Notes under the pieces: generated by a model | Database searches by the model: none | Told to the model about the DNA's origin: nothing | The model's input: only the letters and a program-made list of their open reading frames with translations | Position numbers and translations under genes: made by a program | Virus record (IMG/VR): IMGVR_UViG_2690316233_000002 | Span: 1 to 18,934 of that record | Direction: 5' to 3' (one strand) | DNA from: a virus | Taxonomy: Duplodnaviria > Heunggongvirae > Uroviricota > Caudoviricetes | Length of the DNA: 18,934 bases | In this document: piece after piece, positions 16,638-18,934 of the stretch | Position numbering within the stretch: position 1 is the first letter of the stretch | Layout: each line of letters starts with the position of its first letter

Positions 16638-17969
16638 ATGGCTACTTGGCAAGGATCAAATGGCGGATTGTTGGCTGGTATCGGCGGCGTCAACTCGAAC
16701 GCTCCGAGCGTAAATGACATCGGCAACACGCTTCAGCTTATCAGGCAGAACAATGATATTGAGCGTTCAGGCGCTAACAATGTTGGGCTGACTGCTTTGC
16801 AAGGCCTTTCAGGTATTGCAGGGGTGTTTAAGCAGGAAAAGCAGGCTCAGCGGCAGAAAGAATTTCAGCAGGCGTACGCTAATGCTTATGCGTCTGGTGA
16901 TCGCGGTGCTTTGCGTCAGTTGGCTACTCAATATCCAGACCAGATTGAATCCGTTCGTAAAGGCATGGGATTCATTGATGAAGAGCAGCGTAATTCTATC
17001 GGCACCTTAGCGGCTGGCGCACGCCTTGCGTCATCGTCTCCAGAAGCAATGCAATCATGGCTGCAAAACAACGCCGGTGAGTTAGCTCGTGTTGGCGTTA
17101 ATCCTCATGACGTCGCTCAGATGTACCAACAGAACCCGCGGCAGTTCGGCGAATTTGTCGATCACCTGGGGATGAACAGTCTCGGGCCCGAAAAATACTT
17201 TGACCTACAGGATAAAATGCAGGGTCGCCAGGTTACCATGCGCGGTCAGGATCTGGATTCGCAAACCGCCGCTCGGAATCAGGCAATCACAATGCGCGGA
17301 CAAGATATCCAGGCGAATTTAGGTCAGCAGCGCATTAATCTGGACGCAGAAACAAACCGCATTAACAACGAAAATAAGCGCCTTGACCGGATGCTATCAG
17401 CAGAAACTAACGACCTGAAGCGCCAGGAAATACAGAGCCGCATAGCAGCCAACAACCAGCAGTTGCAGCAGAAGCAGCAAGCGCTAAATGATGGCTACAA
17501 AGACGGCATCAACACCCTCACAACCAGCATGTTCACTCTGAACGATATCGTTAGTTCTCCTTCACTTAAGAGCATTACAGGCTTACGTGGAGTAATCCCC
17601 AACGTTCCAGGCTCACAGGCTGCAGACACTCAGGCACGACTTGATACCTTTAAATCACAAGCATACCTGACAGCGGTTCAGGCCATGCGAGGCATGGGCG
17701 CACTTTCTGATGCCGAGGGCAAAAAGCTCGACCAGGCTGTTGGTTCGCTGCAGAACTCGCAGAGCGAGGAGTCCTTTCGTCGCAACGCTGGCGTCATCCT
17801 GAACACGCTCAACCAGAAGCGTAATGAGGCGGTTGGTAAGTACGTTCAGCAAAACGGTATCAAGCGAGTGGAAGCGCCTCAGGCTTCTATAGATTACCTG
17901 AAGCAGCACCCCGAGCTGTCAATCGACTTCATTAATCGCTACGGATATCTTCCATCTTTGGGGCAGTAA
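16638..17969 (+). CDS. Ejection (E) protein, P22 gp20-like
   Basis: 443 aa, Gln-rich with coiled-coil character. Position and size fit P22 gp20 / Sf6 gp12. Confidence 0.7.
   Translation: MATWQGSNGGLLAGIGGVNSNAPSVNDIGNTLQLIRQNNDIERSGANNVGLTALQGLSGIAGVFKQEKQAQRQKEFQQAYANAYASGDRGALRQLATQYPDQIESVRKGMGFIDEEQRNSIGTLAAGARLASSSPEAMQSWLQNNAGELARVGVNPHDVAQMYQQNPRQFGEFVDHLGMNSLGPEKYFDLQDKMQGRQVTMRGQDLDSQTAARNQAITMRGQDIQANLGQQRINLDAETNRINNENKRLDRMLSAETNDLKRQEIQSRIAANNQQLQQKQQALNDGYKDGINTLTTSMFTLNDIVSSPSLKSITGLRGVIPNVPGSQAADTQARLDTFKSQAYLTAVQAMRGMGALSDAEGKKLDQAVGSLQNSQSEESFRRNAGVILNTLNQKRNEAVGKYVQQNGIKRVEAPQASIDYLKQHPELSIDFINRYGYLPSLGQ

Positions 17970-18934
<965 letters not shown>

Overview
This window is a single-strand (+), densely coded segment of a mosaic lambdoid (pro)phage, truncated at both ends; no novel system is convincingly supported. 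Left to right: the 3' end of a replication gene, then a lambda-type ren/nin region (ren, ninB, ninE, ninF, ninG, ninH, ninI) that lacks ninC/ninD and carries an extra small membrane-protein gene; a non-lambda Q antiterminator with a pR'-like late promoter; a ~500 nt late leader containing a tRNA-like element; the lambda lysis cassette S-R-Rz with Rz1 embedded; a ~450 nt ORF-poor spacer and three small moron ORFs; then a P22/Sf6-type headful morphogenesis module (small and large terminase, portal, scaffold, coat, head-completion proteins, tail needle, ejection proteins). All protein identities rest on recalled similarity to lambda, P22 and Sf6 proteins, motifs and gene order, not on any database search. 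Most worth follow-up are the tRNA-like element, the inserted membrane-protein moron, the spacer/moron cluster between lysis and packaging, and the in-frame TGA at the end of the SLT-domain ejection protein gene.
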